Shown here piece after piece: positions 39,020-47,424 of a stretch of 59,600 bases of DNA. Position 1 is the first letter of the stretch. Every line of letters starts with the position of its first letter. The notes under the pieces are model-generated. The model made no database searches. It had not been told where the DNA came from and saw only the letters and a program-made list of their open reading frames with translations. This stretch comes from Chthoniobacter sp. (GTDB lineage Bacteria; Verrucomicrobiota; Verrucomicrobiia; Chthoniobacterales; Chthoniobacteraceae): NCBI GenBank assembly GCA_041287745.1, contig JBGGMZ010000179.1, forward strand, positions 1 to 59,600, given 5' to 3'. A program made the position numbers and the translations under genes.

Positions 39020-39033
39020 GCCCAAATCACTCA

Positions 39034-40314
39034 ATGAAAACCCTCGCCGAACCTGAATCCGCTCCTGTCACGCTCGAACCGCACGCCACCGTCTCGCTTT
39101 CCGAGATCGTGGCTTCCCGCTTGCGGATCAATGGCTCCGTGACGCGCACGCCTTGCGTGGAATCGGCCGCGCTGAGCGAACTCACCGGTGCCCGCGTCTT
39201 CTGCAAGCAGGAGCACCTGCAGCGTACGGGCAGTTTCAAGGAACGCGGGGCGCGTAATGCGCTGGCTCAGCTTTCGCCGGAGCAGGCGCGGTTGGGCGTG
39301 GTGGCGGCCTCGGCGGGAAATCACGCGCTCGGGCTGGCGTGGCATGGGCGCTCGCTCGGCGTTCCGGTCACGGTGGTGATGCCGCGATTTGCGCCGCTGG
39401 TGAAGGTGGCGCGTTGCCGGCAATTTGGCGCCAAGGTGGTGTTGCATGGCGATACCTTTGACGAAGCGCGCGGAGAGGCGGCGCGTTTGGCGGAGGAATT
39501 TGGACTCACGTATGTGCATCCTTTCGATGATCCGCATGTGATCGCGGGGCAGGGGACACTCGCTTTTGAAATCCTCGAGCAAGTGCCGGATGCGGAAGCG
39601 ATCCTCGTGCCGGTGGGTGGGGGCGGATTGCTCGCCGGGGTGGCCACGGTGCTGCGGGCGCTGAAGCCGGACCTGGAAATCATCGGCGTCGAACCGGCGA
39701 ATGCCGCCTGCTTTGCCGCCGGCCTCGCCGCGGAGGCGCCGGTGCGCGTGGCCACGCGCTTCACCCTGGCTGATGGCCTGGCCGTGGCCGAGGCCGGGAA
39801 ACACACGCTGGCTATCGCGCGTCCGCTCGTCTCGCGTATGGTGCAAGTGGGTGAGGAAGCGCTGGCGCTCGCCATGTTGCGGCTCGCGGAGTTGGAGAAG
39901 TGCGTCATCGAAGGTGCCGGCGCCGCCGGGCTGGCGGCGCTGCTGGGCGGCAGCCTGCCCGATCTGCGCGGGAAGCGTGTGGTGCTGCTCTTGAGCGGGG
40001 GCAACATCGACCCGCTCGCGCACAGCCGGGTGATCGAGCGCGGCCTGGCGGCGGATGGGCGCATCTATCGCTTCGATGCGCTCATCAGTGATCGACCGGG
40101 CGGCCTCGCGCATCTCTCCAGCGTGCTCGCGGATGCCGGCGCGAATGTGACCGAGATCGTCCACAATCGCACCTTCGCGGGCCCGGATCTCTCCCGCGTG
40201 CACGTGCTGTGCACCGTCGAGACGCGCGATCGCGAACACATCACCGAAGTGCAACAGCGCCTCGCCGCGAATGACGTCGAGCTTTGCCAGTCCGGTGGCC
40301 CGCGCTGGGCGTGA
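39034..40314 (+). CDS. ilvA: threonine ammonia-lyase (PLP), short form with one C-terminal ACT domain
   Basis: KQEHLQRTGSFKERGA PLP lysine, ASAGNHA, HPFDD..AGQGT, VGGGGL, SGGNID; ACT domain DRPGGL..GANV. Confidence 0.93.
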   Translation: MKTLAEPESAPVTLEPHATVSLSEIVASRLRINGSVTRTPCVESAALSELTGARVFCKQEHLQRTGSFKERGARNALAQLSPEQARLGVVAASAGNHALGLAWHGRSLGVPVTVVMPRFAPLVKVARCRQFGAKVVLHGDTFDEARGEAARLAEEFGLTYVHPFDDPHVIAGQGTLAFEILEQVPDAEAILVPVGGGGLLAGVATVLRALKPDLEIIGVEPANAACFAAGLAAEAPVRVATRFTLADGLAVAEAGKHTLAIARPLVSRMVQVGEEALALAMLRLAELEKCVIEGAGAAGLAALLGGSLPDLRGKRVVLLLSGGNIDPLAHSRVIERGLAADGRIYRFDALISDRPGGLAHLSSVLADAGANVTEIVHNRTFAGPDLSRVHVLCTVETRDREHITEVQQRLAANDVELCQSGGPRWA

Positions 40315-40345
40315 GGGGAAAGGTGGCAGGCTCGAAAAAACAATC

Positions 40346-40471
40346 GTCATCCTGAGCTTGCGAAGGATCTCTGACCTCGCGAGCGAAGGCGGTGCGGAGC
40401 GCATTGATTGTAATGCCACACCTCCTCCACCCACGGGAAGTCAGAGATCCTTCGGCTTCGCTCAGGATGAC
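40346..40471. repeat. REP-type inverted pair (GTCATCCTGAG family) between convergent genes
   Basis: GTCATCCTGAGCTTGCGAAGGATCTCTGAC (40346-40375) versus GTCAGAGATCCTTCGGCTTCGCTCAGGATGAC (40440-40471). Confidence 0.85.
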
Positions 40472-40505
40472 TTTGGTTTTTTGGATGCGCTGGCGCGCTT
40501 GCTTG

Positions 40506-41933
40506 CTACTCCTTCCGCAACTCCGCCAGCATCTGGAGCAGATTGTCCGTCAGGATCACCGACGTATCCTCCTGCACGTGATTCGTGCCGATCCACGTCT
40601 CGTAGCCGCCGAGCTTGTGCTGCTCGGGTGTGGGCAGGTAACCGATGCGGCCATTGGCCAGTCCGATGACCATGGTGCGCGGGAAGGGGCTGCGCTTTTT
40701 GAGATCAAGGCCGGTCTCGACGAACGTCTCGAAGGGGATGCCGCACACGGCAAGATCGCCGATGCGGATGGCCTGGATCTTCACGGTCACGGTGTCTTCC
40801 TTGCGCTCGGCGGCGCCGATGGTACGGCGGGCATAATCCGGCGCGAGACGGGGGAGTTTCTCGATCGCGTCCTTGTCGGTGATGGCGAGGATGGTCTTCG
40901 CATCCGCGACCTCCTCCGGGGTGGGGCGGCGATACTTGAGCGTGATCTCGCGCTGGGCCATGCCGAGTGAGATGTCGCTGCGATACTTCTCGATCTTCTG
41001 CTGCGCGCGCCAGGCGGTGTCCGCGGCCTTGCCGGCCACGATGCGCACTTGCTCGAAGGGCTCGCGTGGTGGGCGCACGACGCCGAAGGGGATGTTATTG
41101 ATATCGCCCGAGGTGCCGTTGGACATGATACCGACGAAGTTTTCATCGCCACGCACGCGTGAGGGCATGAGCCGGCCAAACTCGCCGAAGTAGTCGGCGG
41201 AGATTTGCTTCGGCGGAATGCCGCCGACGTAGTGCAGGGAGTAATTGGCGAAGGTGCAGATCGCTTTCCGCTTCGTATCCTGCACGGCCAGGACGGTGAT
41301 ATCGGGATCGGTGGGCCCGGCCGGATGATCGATCACGTCGAGGCTGGTGCCAGGGTTCATCTTTACCTGATCCATCTTGCCGAAGGGATTGAGCGGCATC
41401 TTGCCGGGCTTGAGGAACCAGCGGCGGTTGAAGACTTCCTCGGGCAGCGGATCTGCTGCCGCGCCGACAGCCGCTGGACGCAAGGCGGCGTGAGCGCGGA
41501 CGATGGCGTCGACGAGGCCATCGACAAAGACCTTGTGGTAAGCCACCACTTCCGGCGTGCCTTGGCCCGGTTTCCCACTCAATGCTGCCGCGCTATGGCT
41601 GTGCGTGGAGCTGATGAGCATGTGATCCTTCGGAATCCCGGTGCGTTGCGAGGCGATCTCCTTTGCCTCCTCCAGCGGTTCCGGTCCGCCGCCGAGGTTA
41701 TCCACGACGGCCATCACGACCTGCGTGGTCCCATCGTCCAGTACCAACGCGCGGGCGCTGAGCGGATCATGGGCGCTTTCGGCCATATTGGCCGCAAAGC
41801 CCCCGGGCATATTAATGGGGAACTGCTTCGGCGTGATGTCACCGATGGCCGCGCCGGCTCGGAGCGCAGGCCCGGCGTGGGCCGACAGACCGAGGGCGAG
41901 AGACAGCGTGAGAAGGGCAAGAGAGGATTTCAT
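40506..41933 (-). CDS. secreted neutral/alkaline ceramidase-like amidohydrolase
   Basis: Signal peptide; DITP, HDPLSARALVL, STHSHS, NYSLH, GDIN, GYLPT and GGYE motifs. Confidence 0.8.
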   Translation of the reverse strand: MKSSLALLTLSLALGLSAHAGPALRAGAAIGDITPKQFPINMPGGFAANMAESAHDPLSARALVLDDGTTQVVMAVVDNLGGGPEPLEEAKEIASQRTGIPKDHMLISSTHSHSAAALSGKPGQGTPEVVAYHKVFVDGLVDAIVRAHAALRPAAVGAAADPLPEEVFNRRWFLKPGKMPLNPFGKMDQVKMNPGTSLDVIDHPAGPTDPDITVLAVQDTKRKAICTFANYSLHYVGGIPPKQISADYFGEFGRLMPSRVRGDENFVGIMSNGTSGDINNIPFGVVRPPREPFEQVRIVAGKAADTAWRAQQKIEKYRSDISLGMAQREITLKYRRPTPEEVADAKTILAITDKDAIEKLPRLAPDYARRTIGAAERKEDTVTVKIQAIRIGDLAVCGIPFETFVETGLDLKKRSPFPRTMVIGLANGRIGYLPTPEQHKLGGYETWIGTNHVQEDTSVILTDNLLQMLAELRKE

Positions 41934-42027
41934 TCTGGGGGGATATGCCGACTACCTTGAGGATCAGGCCTTCTTAGTGAAAGAGCTTCAGGGGACGTTG
42001 GGGGGCCGAACTCAAGGAAGATTTTAG

Positions 42028-42268
42028 TTTACAAGTGGTGGGAACCCGTCTTTCTTTCCCGCCCCACGCGCGTATTTAGAAAAAACAAAGACGCACCGTT
42101 GGTCCCTGGGTGGCGGGTTCTCATGATCCGTTGCTGTCGCGTCAGGGGAAACCCGGTGAATTCAATATAGAGAAGCAGAGATTAAGAAAACCAGAAGCAT
42201 CGTCGTCGCGTCTCGCGGCGCCGGCCTCTTCCGAGATTCCCAAATCCACCTTCCCATTCCAAGACCCT
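42028..42268 (+). promoter_or_regulatory. candidate rpoA promoter and long structured 5' leader
   Basis: TTTACA-17nt-TTTCTT followed by a GC-rich discriminator-like stretch; nested stems at 42094-42158. Confidence 0.4.
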
Positions 42269-43285
42269 ATGCCAATTCGTTTAGGCCGTTTCGAAATGCC
42301 GAAGTCGCTCGTCAAAGACGACGCCTCGCGCACAGATACCTACGCCAAGTTTGTCGCTGAGCCCTTCGAGGCCGGCTACGGCAACACCATCGGCAACTCG
42401 CTCCGCCGCGTGCTGCTCTCCTCGCTTGAGGGCGCTGCCATCACCTCCGTGAAGATCGCCGGAGCACAGCACGAGTTCCAGACGCTCCCGCACGTCGTCG
42501 ACGACGTGACGGACATCGTCCTCAATTTGAAGAAAGTGAAGTTCAAGGCGAACGATCACGAAATCCGCAACCTCACGATCAACGTCAACAAGGAAGGCCC
42601 AGTGACCGCCGGCGACATTGAAGACTCCGCCCAGTGCGAAGTCCTCAATAAGGACCAGCTCATCTGCACGCTCGACAAGAAGACGAAGTTCGAAGCCGAA
42701 CTCGAAGTGAAGGTTGGCCGTGGTTTCTCCACGGGCGACGAGAACAAGCATCCTGACCAGCCGATCGGCGTCATCGCCATCGACTCCATCTTCTCGCCGG
42801 TCACCCGCGTGAAGTACACCGTGGGCAACACCCGCGTGGGCCAGCGCACCGACTACGACAAGCTCGAGCTCGAGATCTGGACCGACGGTCGCCTCACTCC
42901 CGAAGACGCGCTCGTGCAGGCTTCCTCGATCCTGAAGAAGCACTTCGAGCCCTTCTACGCTTACGACGAAAATGCGGTCCAGTTCGACGAAACCCCGCAG
43001 GCACAGAGCCAGGAAAACCAGAAGATGAAGAAGCTTCTGAACATGAGCGTGAACGAGATCGAACTCTCGGTCCGCGCGGCCAACTGCCTCAACAACGCCA
43101 ATATCACCACCGTGGGCCAGCTCGCGATGAAGAGTGAGGCGGAGATGCTCAAGTACCGCAACTTCGGCAAGAAGTCGCTCAACGAAATCAAGGACAAGCT
43201 CACCCAGCTCGGCCTGTCGCTCGGCATGAAGTTCGAGTCCGGCCTCGTCGAGCCCAACGCCGCCGATACCAGCCTCGTCGGCTAA
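42269..43285 (+). CDS. rpoA: RNA polymerase alpha subunit
   Basis: EPFEAGYGNTIGNSLRRVLLSS, DSIFSPV, RVGQRTDYDKL, ELSVRAANCL, NFGKKSLNEI. Confidence 0.98.
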   Translation: MPIRLGRFEMPKSLVKDDASRTDTYAKFVAEPFEAGYGNTIGNSLRRVLLSSLEGAAITSVKIAGAQHEFQTLPHVVDDVTDIVLNLKKVKFKANDHEIRNLTINVNKEGPVTAGDIEDSAQCEVLNKDQLICTLDKKTKFEAELEVKVGRGFSTGDENKHPDQPIGVIAIDSIFSPVTRVKYTVGNTRVGQRTDYDKLELEIWTDGRLTPEDALVQASSILKKHFEPFYAYDENAVQFDETPQAQSQENQKMKKLLNMSVNEIELSVRAANCLNNANITTVGQLAMKSEAEMLKYRNFGKKSLNEIKDKLTQLGLSLGMKFESGLVEPNAADTSLVG

Positions 43286-43328
43286 GTCGACGCCAACCGC
43301 CATCGCTAGTTAGAAAAAATATAAGACC

Positions 43329-43847
43329 ATGCGTCACCAACGGAAGACGATCAAACTCGGCCGCAAGGAAGGGCATCGCAAATCGCTGCTCTCGAACCTC
43401 GCTGTCAGCCTGATCGAACATAATCGCATCAAGACCACGCTCGCCAAAGCCAAGGCGCTGCGCCCGCTCGCGGAAAAACTGGTCACCATCGGCAAGAAGA
43501 ACACCATTCACGCGCGCCGCACGGCCAAGGCTGTGCTGCGGCAGGATGAAGCGGTGACCAAGCTCTTCGCGGAGATCGCGCCTCGCGCTGCGGACCGCAA
43601 GGGCGGTTACACCCGCATCATCAAGCTCCCGCTCCGCAAGAGCGACGCCGCCGAGGTGGCGTTCATCGAGTGGGTGGACGCCCCGGTGCTGGTCGAGACG
43701 GCCACGCCTGAGCCGAAGCCGGCCAAGAAGGCCGCGCCGAAGAAGACCGAAGCCAAGGCCAAGAAGGACGAAGCTCCTGCCGCCGAAGCGGAAAAGCCCG
43801 CCAAGAAGGCCAAGGCCAAGAAGTCTGACGAGAAGGCCGCCGAGTAA
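43329..43847 (+). CDS. rplQ: 50S ribosomal protein bL17 with Lys/Ala-rich tail
   Basis: MRHQRKTIKLGR, IKTTLAKAK, GGYTRIIK; follows rpoA. Confidence 0.98.
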   Translation: MRHQRKTIKLGRKEGHRKSLLSNLAVSLIEHNRIKTTLAKAKALRPLAEKLVTIGKKNTIHARRTAKAVLRQDEAVTKLFAEIAPRAADRKGGYTRIIKLPLRKSDAAEVAFIEWVDAPVLVETATPEPKPAKKAAPKKTEAKAKKDEAPAAEAEKPAKKAKAKKSDEKAAE

Positions 43848-43881
43848 GGCGCGTCTGCTTCCAGAAACAACTTCCCCTTAA

Positions 43882-43922
43882 AAGCGAAGGGCGATGCTCC
43901 CCCGGGCATCGCCCTTTTGCTT
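43882..43922 (+). terminator. intrinsic terminator of rpoA-rplQ
   Basis: AAGGGCGATGCTC-cccc-GGGCATCGCCCTT followed by TTGCTT. Confidence 0.75.
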
Positions 43923-43998
43923 GGGGTGAAGGGTCTGAGGCAGGTCGCGGCCAAGCCTTTCTCTGGAAATCGCCCCGCCGGGGTACGCTGCCATTTTT

Positions 43999-44463
43999 AT
44001 GCAAATCCGAGAAGCCACCGAATCCGACGCACCGGGCATCACCACGGTGCTGCACGATATCAAAGAGTTGCACTCGGTGACAGATTGCTCTCCCGAGCAA
44101 ACGTGTGCGCGAGTGACGGAAGCCCTGGCGACGGCTGTTCCATCTCCAGCGTCGGTAGTGCTGGTGGCAGTCGCGGAGGATGACACGATCGCCGGTTATT
44201 GCTCGGTGCATTGGGTGCCGTTTCTGTTTTTCGACGGAGCGGAAGGATATATCACTGAGCTATTCGTCCGGCAGAGTGATCGCAGCGCGGGCGCGGGAAC
44301 GGCGTTGCTGGACGAAGTCCGGCGCAGGGCGGAACTCCAGGGCTGCTCGAGGCTCTCCCTGCTCAACGGACGCAACGGCGAGGCCTACCAGCGAGGCTTC
44401 TATGCGAAGCGCCAATGGCAGGAACGCGAACGCATGGCAAATTTCATCCTGCCGCTGAAGTAG
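43999..44463 (+). CDS. GNAT family N-acetyltransferase
   Basis: IREATESD, YITELFV..RSAGAGTALL acetyl-CoA motif, FYAKR. Confidence 0.88.
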   Translation: MQIREATESDAPGITTVLHDIKELHSVTDCSPEQTCARVTEALATAVPSPASVVLVAVAEDDTIAGYCSVHWVPFLFFDGAEGYITELFVRQSDRSAGAGTALLDEVRRRAELQGCSRLSLLNGRNGEAYQRGFYAKRQWQERERMANFILPLK

Positions 44464-44497
44464 AAGAACGAGCCGGCCCCGGGGGATTTCGCCCGGC

Positions 44498-45127
44498 TCA
44501 ATCTGCTCGTACCAAACGCCGCTGCACCGCCAGGATGGCGGCTTGGGTACGATCCAGAACGTGGAGCTTCTTGAACAAGTGTGTGAGGTGAAGCCGGACG
44601 GTCGGCTCGGCGATGCCCAGATCGCAGCCAATCTCCTTGTTGCTCCGCCCTCTCACGATTTGCGTCAGCACTTCGCTTTCCCGTTTTGTGAGGCTGATGC
44701 GACTGGTGGCCCGAAGCTTTGCCTCGATCTCCGGGGCAAAGTAGACGCCTCCCTCGGTGATCTGGCGGATGGCGATGAGAAGTTGCTCGCGCTCGATCGA
44801 CTTGGAGAGATAGCCGACCACGCCGGCATCGACCGCGCCGAAAATATCCTCCTCGGCGTCGCTCACGGTGAGCATCGCGATCCGGGCCTCGGGATGCCCG
44901 CTGCGGATCGCTCGCGCCGCCTGCACTCCATCCTGCAAGGGCAACCGCACGTCCATCAGCACGAGGTCGGGCCGGTGCTGGACAAACATTTCCACGGCTT
45001 GAAAACCATTGTTCGCTTCCGCGACGATCTGGATATGCGGCTCCGAGGAGAGGGAGCCGATCAGTCCCTTGCGGGCGATGAAGTGGTCATCGACGACGAG
45101 AATGCAGGTGTGAGTGGGGGAGCGCAT
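44498..45127 (-). CDS. NarL/LuxR family response regulator
   Basis: VVDDH, DLVLMDVRLP, LTKRESEVL..GRSNKEIG. Confidence 0.95.
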   Translation of the reverse strand: MRSPTHTCILVVDDHFIARKGLIGSLSSEPHIQIVAEANNGFQAVEMFVQHRPDLVLMDVRLPLQDGVQAARAIRSGHPEARIAMLTVSDAEEDIFGAVDAGVVGYLSKSIEREQLLIAIRQITEGGVYFAPEIEAKLRATSRISLTKRESEVLTQIVRGRSNKEIGCDLGIAEPTVRLHLTHLFKKLHVLDRTQAAILAVQRRLVRAD

Positions 45128-45151
45128 AGGGAGATGATTGCTGGGGAAGGC

Positions 45152-47275
45152 TTACTCGATGATGGGGATCTGTGCGCGGACGGAGGCGCCACCGCCGGGT
45201 TGCGCGTGAAACTCAAAGACACCGCCCAGCTTCTCACAGCGCTCCCGCATGCCGATGATTCCGAAGTGTCCAGCGGGTGTGACGAGGGGCACATCGCTGC
45301 CCTCTGCGATAGGCCCGTCGTCATTCACGCCGAGTACCACGGCACCGTTGGAATGTTTCAGGATGACTTCGATGGTCCGCGCGCGTGAGTGCTTGATCGC
45401 GTTGGTCACAGCCTCCTGCGCCAGCCGCAGGACATTGATCTGCACATTGGGCGGGATGAAAGCGCGCGCGCTCATGTCGACTTGGAAACTGACGTCCACC
45501 GGCACGTTGCCTACGAGCCGCTGCACCGCATTGCGAATGGCGGGTTCCAGTCCGCCGTCGAGCAGCACCGGGTCGCGCAGGTCCCAGACAGCCCGGCGGG
45601 CGTTGTCGCGGCTGAACTGCAGCATCTGTCGCAATTCGCCGAGCGCCTTGTGCGCGTGCGATGTCAGCGGCCCCGCATGTTCCACCGCCTCGGTTTGGCG
45701 TGTCATGCCCACGAACTCCTGCTCGAGAGTATCGTGTAGCTCGCGGGCCACTCGCGCACGTTCCTCGGAGGTGGCTTCGCGCCGCGTCTGCGCACGAATG
45801 ATCTCCTGCTGCACGTTGCTGCGGGCGCGGAGGAAATGATTCCACAAGGCGAAGACGAGGACGAGCGCGACCGCACCGCTGAGCATTCCCAGTAGCCGCC
45901 GAGCCGTCCACCACGGAGGCTGCTGAATGACGCGGACATCCGATGCCGACCGGAGGAGCAGCGAAAAGCCGTTGGGCAAAGATGTCTGCGTCGTGCGCGC
46001 GGGAAAGCTGAACAGGACCAATCCCGAGAGAGACAACATGCTGCCCGGTTTCAAGCTGGCAAAAAGTCCCGTGGAGTCGGGGCCGTCGATCATCGCCTTG
46101 AAGAGCCGGCCCTCGCTTTGCAACAGCAGATCGGTCTCGTTTTCGGATCTTTGTGTTTCCAGCAGCGCGGCCTGGACCTGCACGAGTTCGTAGTCTTTGC
46201 ATCGCTCCGCGATGGTGGCCGCCTGCTGTGAGATGGCAGTAGGTAGCGGCGTGTGGTGGCTGCGCACTTTCAGCACGGCGTCTTCCAGGAGTGGCCGGCG
46301 TTCCCGCACATAGGGAAAGCCGAAGACGTCCACCACGTCGCCCGCCACCGCGTCCGAGACTTCCCCGCATTCCACGCAGATGGCCCGTCCGCTATCGAAG
46401 ACAAATACGCGACCGTCGGCCAGGGCGTGGAGCACGAGACCGGTGATGTGAATGCGATGTCCCGGCGAATCCTCGGGCCGATAGCGCAGGATATCCGCGA
46501 CGCTTTTGGCCGGCAGCGCGAAGGGATCCTTGGGCGCCGGTCTCAGCACCGTGATGTCGCGCCGGTCGATCGCCATGATGCACGGTGCGGTGATCTGGCC
46601 ATACTTGTTCCAGCTTCCGCTGGCGATGCCCGTGACCCGGATGCGCCCATCCACCAAATCGTCCCAGCCCCCTTCATCCGGCATGAGGTAAACGAACAGA
46701 CGCGTATTTTCGAAGACCATCTCGAGCGAGGGTGTTGCGTAGGGCTTCAGGGGCTTCGGCGCGCGACGGACCACGCCTTCCGCCGTGACGCGGTGGACAT
46801 CCAGCACCCCGGTCTGCGCGGCCTCCGCCGTCAATGGCACCGGCGCGGGCAAGGGAGCCGTTCCCACGACGCGCAGCCCATCGCGGCTCGGCACGATAAT
46901 GTCCGGCGCGAACTTTCCCGCTTTGGCCATGCCCTCGATTTCCACCACCGCCCCGCGGTCCACATTCTCCGGCAGCGGCTGTGCGTCACGAGCGAGGTCG
47001 ACGAAGATCGCGTCCGATTCATCCTGCAAAATGAAAGAAGCCCTCGTGGGATAGCGGTGCAGCACCACACCGCGCAACCGCACGGGTGGGCGGGCGCTGA
47101 GCGCCTCGTCGTTCAAGGTGCGCACCTCACGAATGCGACTGATCGCGCTGCCGGGCTCTGCCGCACGGCACGTCGGCTGCAGGCCGGCGATCAGCAATCC
47201 CAGCGCGCTCAAAGCGGAGAGAAGCGGCATGGCAATGCCGGGGACGTAGTGAGGCCAACGGGGGGAAAGCTTCAT
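45152..47275 (-). CDS. membrane sensor histidine kinase (HisKA_3) with large repeated periplasmic region
   Basis: Signal peptide, PPWW-TM, ERARVARELHDTLEQ, QEAVTNAIKHS, GHFGIIGMRER. Start uncertain (47317, 47275 or later). Confidence 0.92.
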   Translation of the reverse strand: MKLSPRWPHYVPGIAMPLLSALSALGLLIAGLQPTCRAAEPGSAISRIREVRTLNDEALSARPPVRLRGVVLHRYPTRASFILQDESDAIFVDLARDAQPLPENVDRGAVVEIEGMAKAGKFAPDIIVPSRDGLRVVGTAPLPAPVPLTAEAAQTGVLDVHRVTAEGVVRRAPKPLKPYATPSLEMVFENTRLFVYLMPDEGGWDDLVDGRIRVTGIASGSWNKYGQITAPCIMAIDRRDITVLRPAPKDPFALPAKSVADILRYRPEDSPGHRIHITGLVLHALADGRVFVFDSGRAICVECGEVSDAVAGDVVDVFGFPYVRERRPLLEDAVLKVRSHHTPLPTAISQQAATIAERCKDYELVQVQAALLETQRSENETDLLLQSEGRLFKAMIDGPDSTGLFASLKPGSMLSLSGLVLFSFPARTTQTSLPNGFSLLLRSASDVRVIQQPPWWTARRLLGMLSGAVALVLVFALWNHFLRARSNVQQEIIRAQTRREATSEERARVARELHDTLEQEFVGMTRQTEAVEHAGPLTSHAHKALGELRQMLQFSRDNARRAVWDLRDPVLLDGGLEPAIRNAVQRLVGNVPVDVSFQVDMSARAFIPPNVQINVLRLAQEAVTNAIKHSRARTIEVILKHSNGAVVLGVNDDGPIAEGSDVPLVTPAGHFGIIGMRERCEKLGGVFEFHAQPGGGASVRAQIPIIE

Positions 47276-47424
47276 GACGCAGCGTCTGCGCAGGAAACCC
47301 TGCGCGCCGGATTTCATATGTTGTTAGCGTCCGTCCGCCAACTACAACAATCCGCTAGCATGACACCGAGGGGAGGCTGGCCTCAGAGTGCAGTCTCCTC
47401 CCAACCCCCAGCCCCCCAGCCATC

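Noticed and set aside
42123-42170. uORF MIRCCRVRGNPVNSI in the rpoA leader
   Set aside because: Its ATG lies at the loop and stem of a predicted hairpin, there is no coupled terminator, and an ORF this short is expected by chance.
42110-42268. 53-codon N-terminal extension of RpoA
   Set aside because: RpoA similarity begins at MPIRLGRFEMPK (42269); the upstream part looks like non-coding leader.
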